DNA of 62,576 bases, filler included, from Kipferlia bialata (taxonomy: Eukaryota), in NCBI GenBank assembly GCA_003568945.1. It is 3 parts of 3 records of this genome, joined end to end, with 100 filler letters (N's around TTAATTAATTAA, not from the genome) between each part and the next. Parts side by side here need not be neighbours in the genome. Positions count along the whole stretch, not along the records: positions 41,821 to 62,576 come from BDIP01000355.1; 2 more parts are not named here. One strand, given 5' to 3'. Shown in pieces: positions 49,941 to 62,576 of this stretch. The position numbers were made by a program, and so were the translations under genes. The notes beneath the pieces are model-generated. The model had not been told where the DNA came from. It saw only the letters and a list, made by a program, of their open reading frames with translations, and made no database searches. The stretch's first letter is position 1. Every line of letters starts with the position of its first letter.

Positions 49941-52260
49941 CATATGTATATATACACGTATATAGATATATACACATAAATAGCCGTACATAAAAGACAC
50001 ATACACACGTATATATTAATACAGAGATAGAGGTAGATGGAAATATATACTCAGATAACCGTATATATGAGCTTCTTTGTGGTGATTGGTATGAATAGTA
50101 TGACAGATCGGAGAACATGTTATCACTTAGAAGTTCGCATGGACATATACGCATATAGTATATGTAATATAGTAATGTATACATCCACTCTACTTGTGTC
50201 CATCGTATAGGTTGCATATGGTGTATATGTACCTAGTATATGTAGAATATATACAGTATATATATACATATATAGTATACATCCACTCTACCTGTGTCCA
50301 TCGTGTAGGAGGGATCTGCGAAGAAGGGGTACTGCTGGAATCTGAAGGTGAGTGTATTGACAACCCCATGTATGCGTGTGTACTGTTTCTGACCACACAC
50401 ATTCCTTTTTACTACGAATATAGTATAGTAACGAAAATGTGTCTGTTGCATTATATCATGTGTATATATCATGTAATATATATAATAGTACTTGTGTACC
50501 TGACCCACTTGGACGGGTTCTGGTATATATATTGAACACTTGCAGTATTCTATATGGCGTAAAATACTGTTGAGTATAGTAGTATTATGTATATATATAG
50601 AGCAATTACTCACCTGACCCCTAGGGACACGTCCATGCCATGGCCTGGGTGCATGCTCTGGGGGGTGAGACACTATGGTATATATGTATATATACATATA
50701 GTATATTGACACTATTGTATATGTATATATACATATAATATATTGAGTATTATGTATTAATGTAACATACACATATACGTATATATATATATGCACTTGG
50801 ATGCTCTGGGCGGGGGGAGACTGAGTGTACATATGTATATACAGGTGTGTACAGAGAGAGAGACACACTGAGGATATATATTATGAATAATGAGGGGCAA
50901 GACACTGTGGTATATGTATATACAGATGTGTACAGATAGAGAGAGACACTGAGGACTAGTATGATATATATATATATATATATATATTCATGTCATTGTG
51001 TGAATACGGATGATGGATGTAGGTACCTAGAACCCCCTGGCCATTGCTGTCAGTGAGGTATATATATACATATACTGCATATATAGATATATAGATACAA
51101 TATATATATATATATATATTCCTGGTACCGCCTGGCCATAGCTGTCTGTGTGGTATATATACGTATACTACATATATAGAATATATAATACTATATATAT
51201 ATATGACTCTGTGTGAATACTAATATTATATATAGTAGTACCTGGTACCCCCTGGCCATGGCTGTGTGGGTGGTGCGGGATATGTCGTCATTGACCATGC
51301 CGATCCAGAGCACTGGGACCCTAGGAGTTAGTATATGCATATATATATATTCACATAGTATATATAGTGCATGGTATATGTCTATGTTTTATGACCATGT
51401 CTATCCAGAGCACAGGCACTCTGGTGGTGAGTATATATATACATGGTGCCATACCATATACATATGTATATACCTAGTAGGCAGTGTCATATACACTGGC
51501 TCACACATGTCATGTCCGTGGCACCCCTGGTAGGTGGTGGCGATGGCAGTGACACGGAAACGACTGAAGGTGACAAGTATGAATATAGAGGCTCACTATA
51601 ATATGTGGAATTTATACCAATATGAAGTGAACTGTGTAAATGTGCCGAACACACGTGTATATACATGAATATGGGTGTGAAAGGAGTAACGGAACTTGCT
51701 GAGAGGGTACATACACGTAATAATACACAAATACGAATCTAATGTATATAATACGTACACGTAATCTGAGATGGACGCCTGGCCCTCCGAGTTGACCTGG
51801 ACAAGGTGGCTGGGTGTTAGATACACTATTACAATATCGGTATGTATTATAATATCTAGGTATAGTATATATATATATATATATATTTATAATACAGATG
51901 TATTGGTGAGTTGACCTGGACAAGGTGGCTGGATGTTAGGGAGTGAAGCATATTGCATATACCTATATACATATTCACAAAAATTAGGTGATGATACTAT
52001 ACTATACATTGGTGAGTTGACCTGGACTAGGTGGCTGGGAATTAGATGCATGGGTTTATTAGTGCCATATGCTAGAGTACAATTATACATTGCCATTAGC
52101 AAATGAACATAACATACCTTCCATTCTGTAGCTGGAGGTACACGTCTGAGTGGGGGTAGGCCCAGGGGGTCTGGTATAAGGGTGTAGAGAGAGAGAGAGA
52201 GAGAGAGAGAGTAGGCCCAGGGGGTCTGGTATAAGGGTGCAGAGAGAGAGAGAGGAGGGG

Positions 52261-52295
<35 letters not shown>

Positions 52296-52633
52296 GCCAT
52301 GTGGGTCTCAATCATATCCTGATCATCATATCCTGGTATTAAGGGTGCAGAGAGAGAGAGAGAGAGAGAGAGAGACAGCGTGCAAGAGTAGGCCTAGGGC
52401 GCCTGGCATTAGATAATGGGGTAGAGAAAGGTTGTCAGAGAGAAAGTGACAGAGAGACCCTCACCTGGGGTGTGTCTGGTATACATGTGTATATAAATAT
52501 ATGTGTATCACCTGGGGTGTGTTTGGCAGCCACGTGATATATATATATATATATGTATATATGAATATGTATCTATATCTATATACATATATATATGTAT
52601 ACATTAATCACCTGTGGTGTGTTTGGCAGCCAC

Positions 52634-52665
<32 letters not shown>

Positions 52666-55600
52666 GAATATATAACAATGTGTATATCTATATATACATG
52701 TATACCTATATATTTATATCACCTGGGGTGTGTTTGGCAGCCACGTGTGCACATATATATATCTATCTATCTATATCTATATCTATCTGTATATATACCA
52801 ATATATCACCTGGGGTGTGTTTGGCAGCCACGTGTGCATCCTGTATGCATAGTGGGAGAGATCAGCATCTGCCACTCCTGTCTCTCTCTCTCCCTCCCTC
52901 TCCCCCACTCCAGTCTCCCTCTCTCCCTCCCTCTCTCCCTCCGTAACAGAAGAGGGGTCAGGGTAGTCTAGGTACAGGGACTCAACTGATATCAGACATA
53001 TTTAAGCATTGTATACTCGATATATACATACATAAACACAGAGTGTATTCCCTATATAAGAAAATGCACAACTAAATGACACACATGGTAAATGCACCTA
53101 CATAGTTGGGCAGCACCCTCCTCATCTGCCTCATGGCCAGGTTATACCCATATGCATCGTTCTCGTAGCCAAAGTAGTCGTTGGAGCGCTGGATACTGTT
53201 GTTAGTGATATATATATACACTGTATATAGCGTATATACATATACGATACTGAATGAGTATTACTCATAGTCAAAGTAGTCGTTGGAAGGAATTAGAGCA
53301 GTATATGTATACATCTATATATGTATAGTATACACAGACCTCACTATATATGAGTATGTGTATATATGAATATGTAAATATATACTATATACCCACCTCA
53401 CAATGTCCCTGTGCATAACGTCCACTATATGGTATATATATCAAATCCACTCTCTAACAGAGAGTCTCTATATATTGCCCTGCATAAAAGTACTAGTACC
53501 TCACAATGTCCCTGTGCATGTGATCGACAGAGTCGTACGTGAATATGTCGATGGTGCTGTTAGAGATCCAGGGGTCGGCTGGGGGTCAGACAACAGAACT
53601 ACATGGTCCATGTAGTACATGGATGCATATACTAAACCATCTCATACTACTATTGTGTATGTAGATGAAAAAGAATTTGTCGATGGCGCTGTTGGAATAT
53701 ATATCAAGATAATGAAAGTGTCGGCTGGGGGTCAGACACATATATATGTGTGTATATGGGATATATATATGGGGTATGTGTGTATGCGATGCAGCTGCAG
53801 CTTAAGTAGATCATAGATCAGACACGGAACATAACAACACACAAACAGTGACATCGACAATAGAGACAAAAGAACAAGAAAAGAGGAGAGAAAAGACAAA
53901 AGAAAAGCACGACACACATGGGATGTTCCCTCCACCTTGCTCTATCTATATTTCTGGAAATACTGCATATAGTGTATATGGCATATATAATCTATAGTTA
54001 GACATGGAAGATAACTACATGCATACTCACCACTGCAGTTGGCCATGTAGTACTCACTACTGGTATTGCAGTCATCCCTGGGGTCAGGGGATTACTAATG
54101 TGTATATATACATATGTATATATACACATATGTATATAATATAGATATATGTATATACATATATACGATATTGTGTACTCACTGTTGGTGTTGCAGTCAT
54201 CCCTGAGGTCAGACACAGTGATCAAGAGAATCATAACACATATATACAAATATATAGCAGATGTATACTACTGTATATAATAGAATACCTATATGCACTG
54301 AACCTGGTTGAAGGTGTCATATAGTATACTATATACACCTCATTATAGTATTTATAGTATATAAAATATGGCTCATATACATACAACGCACCTGCACTGG
54401 ACCTGGTCGAAGGTGACAGGGTAGATATAGTATAATGAAAATACAATACCATATATACATATGTAGTCTAATATATATGGTGAATAGACACTTTAGTAAT
54501 TATTGTAGATATACCACGCATAAATATCTATATATATACAATAGCTACAACGCACCTGCACTGGACCTGGTCGAAGGTGTGGTTTCTGGTGTAGTGGTAG
54601 TATGGAGCCAGGGCATAGTTGCACTCAAACTGACAGTCATACACACTCTCCTCACAGTCGTCTCTGACGGCACTTACAAACCTAAGTTTTAGCAGCAATA
54701 TATACAAGTATTAGTAGTGTATATGTGTAGAGAGAGGTGTTACACGCTCTCCTCACAGTCGTCTCTCATGACACTGAAGAAGCTAGGTGTTAGCAATATA
54801 TACTATGAAGTAGTATATAGGTATAGAGAGAGAGGTGTTACACACTCTCCTCACAGTCGTCTCTGACGGCACTGAAGAAGCTAAGGGTCAGCAGCAATAT
54901 ATACTATGAATAATAATCATGAATAATAATCAGTAGTATGTATGTATAGAGAGAGCTGTTACACACTCTCCTGGCAGTCGTCTCTCATGACACTGAAGAA
55001 GCTAGGGTGAGACACACACTCCATAATATATGAAACATCAGTATACTATAACACTGAAATCGCTGAGGAAAATATATCGTAAGAGTATGTACAGTAGGTC
55101 CTAGACACGCCATAATGGAAGTCATACATACTGTCCTACACTTATATATATTCAAATATGAGAGAGGGTGTGCATGAATCTATGGTATGTATATACACAT
55201 ATAGACGGTCGTACCGTCTTCCCATGAAAGGCCAGAACCCTCTAGCATATAATAACGGTTCTTTACACATTTGTACACATATATGTATCTATGATATGTA
55301 TCTTGTTTGTACCGTCTTCCCATGAATGGCCAGAACCCTCTAGCATATATATATATTTATATATATATGTGTGTGGGTGTGTTACACATATAGATGGTCG
55401 TACCGTCTTCCCATGAATGGCCAGAACCCTCTGGTGTCCTCATCCTTGGGGTCGGGGTAGAGGACAGGGTCCTAGAGTGAGACGTGGCATACCAAGACAC
55501 AGAGTACATGATCGGGTACCGACACTGTCAAGTATATATATACACACACATTAACACACATATGGTATGCACATTCTCCTAATGTGTATCTATATATGAA

Positions 55601-57046
55601 TCATGTATGTATGTATATATGCATATATATATATGTGTATGTGGATATACCTTGTCCATGTACATGTTGTCCCAGTGTGCATCCAGTACATATGTATATA
55701 TCCATTTACATGCAAGTATATATATATAGTGAGATATATTAATATAACTATACTTGCCTTGTCCATGTACATGTTGTCCCAGTGTGCATCCAGTACACTC
55801 TGGTCAATGTACCCATTGCTGTTGTCGACTGGGGTGAGAAGTCTACATATATATAAATATATGTATTCAATATATGTATACTATATACGTTCCAAGTATA
55901 GCGAGAGGGAAACATGTGTACTAGATACATAACACCAAATAGCGACATATAATAGCGATGATTGATGTGTACCTAGGTATCCATCGCCCATCCAGCCGTA
56001 GGGTATGATGCTGTCAAGGTCTGAGGCAGAGCTACGCGATGGTGGCCACTCACCCTCCCTGCCCGCGTAGGAGTTGATGGCGCCCATGCTCTCATAGCCC
56101 AGGCTCGATACACCGAACTTATGGGTAAGAGATGTAATAGATGTAGACAATACAATGTGCTACACTTGTTATATCTTCAGAGTACTATATAAACTTCTAC
56201 TATCAACCATACTCTATTAGCTAATATGAAAATGAATATGTATGTGTATAGATTAGAGTGAGTGTGTATATATATGTGTGTGAATATACACTGGTACCTC
56301 TCCCAGCACTGTAGAGGGGTCATTAACGGTGTACGGGAACTGCCAGTTGACATCAAGGCCCTAAGGTGAGATAGTGACACTAGTAACAACTATAAATAGT
56401 ATTTATAGGTATACACATATATAAAGAATTATATATATATATAGAGAGAACTAGGACTCAGATCAGAGGAGTATCTCCCAGTTAACATCAAGGCCCTAAG
56501 GGTCAGATATATAACACAAACAACTACAAACACGGGAATATATGACACAGACTCATCTCAGAGTAGTATCATACTCAATGATCATGTATCATGTCAGATG
56601 AAAACCCATACGGGGAAATAGTCCCTGCTCAAGGAAACAGACACTGTATATATATTATATCTGTATGGGTACACATCCAGAATGGAACATTCTTACACGT
56701 GTATATATACCTCGTAGAGCAGATAGCTGTAGCAGGGATCGCTGGTCATGTAGACTCCGACATTGGTTCTGAAACAGTCGTTGGGTCTGGAGTCAGATAT
56801 ATATATATATGTAAGATATATATATTATATGATGAGACAGAGAGAGAGAGAGAGAGTATTTATGATGAAACAGTCACTGGGTCTAGGGTGAGGTGGATAC
56901 AAGATATGAATGTAAATATGTATATATGTGTATATAAATGGAAGGACAGAGGGAGAGATAGTAGCATAGTGTTGGTTCTGAAACAGTCACTGGGTCTGGA
57001 GTAAGATTATTATATATGTAAGATATATATATTATATGATGAGACA

Positions 57047-57088
<42 letters not shown>

Positions 57089-60000
57089 ACCTCTCATCGA
57101 GGCATGTGTCCATGTCTAGGTACCCGTACAGGGCACAACAGTCTAGACACTGGCTCTGTACCTATATGTCAGTATACAAATATGTGTATGTACATATATA
57201 GGTATATATATATGGGTGTGTGGGTGCACGTATATAGATATATGTCGAAGGAGTTAGTCTAGACACTGGCTCTGTACCTATATATGAGTCGTATACAGGG
57301 AGGGAGAGAGAGGGAGGTCGTAGGGTCATACAGTAGTCTGGGTCTATATGTGAGTGGCTTGCATTTAGATATATTTAGATACATATGTGTATATACGTAT
57401 CTAGAGAGAGAGAATATTAGAATCCATACAGTAGCCATCAGTCTATGGGTGAGCGGAGGATCAATAGGGAGACACTCTACAGCGCATATTATGGCAGGTG
57501 GCATACATGTACATACAAATACCTTTGTGTAGTTGGTACCACGGTGAGGTATGCATTCATATGTACACACACACATATATATATGTATATACCTCTGTGT
57601 AGTTGGTCTGGTACCATGTCTGGGAGAAACGCTCCAGAATGGGACCTGATGGATAAGGGAGAAGTGTATATATATGATATAGTAATACAATTACATAAAT
57701 ATATATAAGGGAGGAAATAGCACCTGAAGCAACCCACACCCAGGGTTGTATAATATCATATACGTGTACTGTATCTCATTAGATGTGAGTTACCGGTCCA
57801 TTATAAAGTTTGGATGTACTACGTGTGATATAGGCAGCAATTTGCTTGTATACTCAGAGTATACCTGTCTTATAGGATATATATAGGAAATATATAGGAT
57901 ATATAAATGTTGGATATATATAATATATAATACTATATATGTATATGTGACATATTAATGTATATGTAGGTATTATACCTGTCACAGCAACCAGGGCCGC
58001 ATTGATACAGAGCATATACATACACATATAGTATAATATATTACAAATATGGTGCATATACAAGTATATACATGCATGATACTCACAATAAGACACTAAT
58101 GCTAACACTAGTGTAAATATATATAACTATATATAATACAATATATACATACCTGTCACAGCCACCAGGGCGGCATTGATGCAGAGCAGCACAACAGCGA
58201 GTATCAGGTGCCTGAATACACCTGGGGTAAGATTAAGGGTGTCATATCAGAGACACACATATGGTAAATGTATGATGTAGTTACCTATACACTCATTCAG
58301 ACAGTTTACGAAACCACAGAATAGCATCCTGTCTACGTATAGTATAGCAGTCTATGTATATAGTACATATCCCCTACCATAGTCAAAACGGCTACTGGTG
58401 TAAATATGTGAATACATATATTGCATAATTATATTCATATATATTATGTATTGCAATACAGCACTCACCCACTCTGTCCCCTCTTCTCTTCCTATTGATA
58501 TATACAAATATATATGCACCATCACTTCAAATATACAGTATATGTGCATGTGTATACAGTACATTGACTCACCCATGCCACTCTGTGCCTGGTCCACTAG
58601 GAACGCCTTTCTGAACACACCCCACCCCCATCCCGAGAGTACTCTCTGCATCACACTCTGAGTGGCCTCAGTGCTGAGATCCTCAGTGACATCTGCTGTA
58701 GACGGGGTGTGTGTGGTTGAAGGTACACTCCTCTCTCCCTCTCCCTCTCCCTCTCCCTCTCCCTCTCCCTCTCCCTGTGTGTCTGTGTCTAGGTCATGTC
58801 CAACCATGGAGGTGAAGACATGCTCTAGAGAGGCCCTAGCGTAAGACATATATGATACACACTCACTATGTATAATAGTAGAGATGAACACATACTGCGA
58901 GAGAGGCCCTGAGGTTAGACTAGTACCCTAGCAGCGCACACAGTTACGATATAAATACGATATACTATCATTCAATATACTATAGCGGACAGTGTATACC
59001 CATAAGGTGAGATACCTCTCGATGAGAACCATATAGTATAACGTATATAGTGTATAGAGTGTATAGTATATAGTAAATAGTAAATAGTATGTACTATATA
59101 CTGTATATTCATAAGGTCAATGATACCTCTCGATGAGGAAGTCTGTCACATGTCCCTTACGCCTCTGCTCCTCAAGGTTCCTGGCCACCTATCGCGTAAG
59201 AAATTAAGAGCGTGGACTATCGAGAAAACACATAATGGCATAGCAATTGTGTACCATAGAGTAATATATATTAAATCCGCTATTGTTGATGCCACACATA
59301 TCAGCTCTCACTATATATCATGTATCATATATCATATATACCTGAGGTAGAAGGCGACCGTCCTCCTTGGGGACCGAGAGTGTCACGACATGCTGGGACA
59401 AGAGGGAGACAGAGGCAGCTGGGGCAACAGACCTATCAGTTAGATATATATATATAGAGAGAGCGAGAGAGAGAGGGAGAGAGACAGAGACAGAGGCAGC
59501 TGGGGCAACATACCTATCAGTTATATATATATATAGAGAGAGAGAGGGAGAGAGAGAGAGGCTGTGACAAGAGAGAGACAGAGGCACCAGAGCTACAGAC
59601 CTAAGTGTTTGGTATATATATATATATATATATATATAGAAAACATAGTCTATGGACACTCGAGTGAACATGGATAATACGGAATCACCACGCACCTCAC
59701 TGTATCCACCACAGCCTGACATACACCCTCTCCCCCTGTGTGCTGTGTGCTGTCTATGGATATATAGTATATTTAATATACATTACTATATATATATACA
59801 TTTCATTACTATATATATATATACATATGAATATATATGCACCGTACCGCACTGTATCCACCACAGCCTGACATACTCCCTCTCCCCCTGTGTGCTGTGT
59901 GCTGTCTATGGAAATATACATTACTATATATATATATTTATATTTCATTACTATATATATATATGTATATGAATATATATGCACCGTACCGCACTGTACC

Positions 60001-62340
60001 CACTACACTCTGGCACACACCCTCTCCCCCTGTGTGCTGTGTGCTGTCTATGGATATATACACACATACACACACATATATATGCACCGTACCTCACTGT
60101 ATCCACTACAGCCTGGCACACCCCCTCTCCCCCTGTGTGCTGTGTGCTGTCTATGGATATGGATATGGATATGGTCACAGTGTATCCACCATGTCTCTGC
60201 CTCAGGGCAAAGGAGGACCCAGTGTCTGAGGTTAGTGATAATATATATAGTACACACAATATATATAAACTACATGAGTCCACTGTCCATAGGGTAACGG
60301 ACATATACATACCATACCTTACTATAGGATGTATACTTTCCACAATGGATATATAGTATAACTGTTGGGAATAGTCTATAAAGATTGGTATACCTTGCTC
60401 GTACCCCTATGCAGATTGCTAGATATAATGTATACCATATAGATGTATATATAGACATACACTCACTTTGCTTTACATCCAATATACATATATACTTACA
60501 TATATATATGATACCTATCACGTGTCCTCTATGGAGGATGCTGGTCCAGACAGATGTACACTATACAATGTAAAGACATAGATTGTTTAGATACAATGTA
60601 TAGATAGAGATATAGTATAGAATATATACATGCCACTGTACAATGGTATACCTAGCACATGCCCTCTGTGCAGGATGCTAGACATTTACGCACTGCACTT
60701 TACATCCAATATTCATATATATATATATATATATAATACTGTAATACCTAGCACATGTCCCCTGTGGAGGATGCTGATCTCTGAGGCCAGGCGCTGGACC
60801 TAGTGAGTAAGAAGGTGTCAGTGCCATATATATATAGACTACCAATTACAAACAGTGTATGGTACACACATATGTATACATATACACATGTATTATTCAT
60901 ACCTCCCCCATGCTGTGTGACGTCAACAGACATTATACAAACACTATATGATAATACAATATATAATCACGTTCATATATGTATCTCAATGATATCCTCA
61001 CCTCCCCCATGCTGTGAGATGTCAACAGACACCCACTGCCCTGCTCCCTCAGAGAGGACATGTAGGACCTGGGGTGAGGGACATATATAGATGTGTGTGT
61101 GATATATGTATATACATGATTGTAGGGCATGGGGGGAGACGCTGTAAAACATATACGTATATGTATATATACTAGTGGATGTGTGGTCATGTAGGACCTA
61201 TGATGAGGGAAAAAGATACATATACAGGAGGATATACGAATATGTGAATGTATTTACACTGAAACTACTGGATATCGTGTGACTAGGACATAATTAGGGG
61301 GTATAGAGTATATACACATACCACACTGTCCTCTTCTTATGTATTTATATATTGATATTGTATGTATACTCACCACACTGCCCTCTTGGTAGCTGGGTCC
61401 AGACCCGTGGTGGGCTCATCAAGGAAGATGAGGCTGGGGGAGCCTGGTTGTTATTATGTATTATGTATATATATATATATATATACATAGATGCATACCC
61501 CCAGAGAGCTCATGGACCTAGGGGTGAAAGGCAAAAGAATGTAAACACATATATGGAGATGTACATGACGTGACAGCTCCTGGACCCAAGAGTGAATTAT
61601 ATAAGCATACGAGACAAGTATAGAAGTCTACTGCATACTATACTCTGTATATATATACATTAATTATATATTGAATCTTTCTGCTTCTGTGTGGTCTCAG
61701 TAGTCTCACTCCATACCTGTACTTATCTACACACATTTCCACATATGTTACTGATACACCACACTACCAAATAGTCAGACTATACATATCTACATATATA
61801 TATAAATATATTGGTATCTATATATGACTATGTATATGTGTACCTTTCTGCCCCTGTGCTGCAGCAGCCTCACCCCCTACACTTATAAATGACATAAACA
61901 TAAACTAATCAATTACATATTATACATTATACTAACTAGTATACCTTCCTGCCCCTGTGCTGCAGCAGCCTCACCCTCTTAACTACTATATAGTTATATA
62001 TATATTGATTCCTGTTATGTATACCTAGTACTCCCTCCATACCTTTCTGCCCCTATGCTGCAGCAGCCTCACCCCCTTTAGGATGGTGTGACAGACAGCA
62101 TCACGCTCAGCCTTAGAAGTCACACCACGGATCCTGCGGTTAGGTCAGAAGCAGTGTATACGCTAAATCCATAGAGAGCTACAGATACAATATATTAGAA
62201 TACATTCAATATTGAATTATCCTCAGTACACTCGATCGTGCGTGGGGGACATATCCGACGTACCTAAGCGCATTGATGACGTTCTGCTCGACTGAGAGGT
62301 CTACCCAAAGGTTCTCATTGAGCTGGGGGCATACACCTAC
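43635..62340 (-). CDS. ABCA: Full-size ABCA-subfamily transporter (partial NBD1, TMD/ectodomain, NBD2), many exons, 5'-truncated
   Basis: NBD1: [18 protein letters not shown] (about 62275-62337), [43 protein letters not shown]2: [23 protein letters not shown] (46732-46633), [59 protein letters not shown] and [13 protein letters not shown] (TAA 43635-43637). Confidence 0.93.
46407..46693 (-). repeat. Three tandem 61-nt copies of the Walker A exon end
   Basis: 46633-46693 (part of the real exon), 46531-46591 and 46407-46467 all translate to [20 protein letters not shown](G). Confidence 0.97.
59695..60155 (-). repeat. Donor-side exon-end array in ABCA (real exon end plus 3 copies, about 60 nt each)
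   Basis: [26 protein letters not shown] unit at about 60091-60155, 59990-60055, 59848-59911 and 59696-59760, separated by TA-rich spacers. Confidence 0.9.
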
Positions 62341-62576
62341 CGCGTAAGATTCAGATGGACACATGAACATATAGCAGTATCAGCATCAGCATCAGTACCG
62401 ATAGTAGCAGGGTAACAGTGGGAAAGTCACAATCGGAACAGTATTGATAGTAGCATTATAAGTTCATTAAATTATAGTATCACAAACAATAACATACCCA
62501 CACCCACCTATGTGTCTCTTGGCAAAGAACGTCTGGCAGCTATCGTGTAGATCATAACCCATGACCCTGACGCTTG

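Noticed and set aside
47000..61300. Many short IY/YI/SL-rich ORFs
   Set aside because: They are translations of intronic (TA)n/(TC)n microsatellites.
1..62576. Transposon, retroelement, rRNA or tRNA genes
   Set aside because: No transposase or RT motifs, terminal repeats or recognisable structural RNA sequence were seen by eye. Small ncRNAs cannot be excluded without covariance-model searches.

Overview
Eukaryotic, very intron-dense genomic DNA, rich in (TA)n/(GA)n/(CA)n microsatellites and using the standard code. The window is not one locus. It is three scaffolds of about 20.8 kb (1-20845, 20946-41720, 41821-62576) joined by artificial N44-TTAATTAATTAA-N44 linkers. The branch point sits tight against the AG acceptor, which suggests a fornicate/metamonad protist such as Kipferlia (inference only). 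Genes reconstructed by hand across GT-AG introns: galactokinase-family GHMP kinase, a bacterial-type VOC/glyoxalase gene with 3 introns, two LRR proteins, an orphan DeSI/PPPDE first exon, proteasome Rpn5/PSMD12, the COMMD4 N-terminus, a cystatin, a HECT E3 ligase, a single-pass membrane protein, a probable cyclin-fold RE/RD-rich protein, an intronless kelch-like protein and a two-NBD ABCA transporter. The main signal is pervasive 'exon-edge echoes'. Introns hold tandem partial copies of the neighbouring exon end together with its splice site. Acceptor-side copies lie upstream of the real exon and donor-side copies downstream. They differ from the real exon mostly at synonymous third codon positions, which neutral intronic decay should not produce. 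Long poly-C runs appear to mark chimeric assembly joins.
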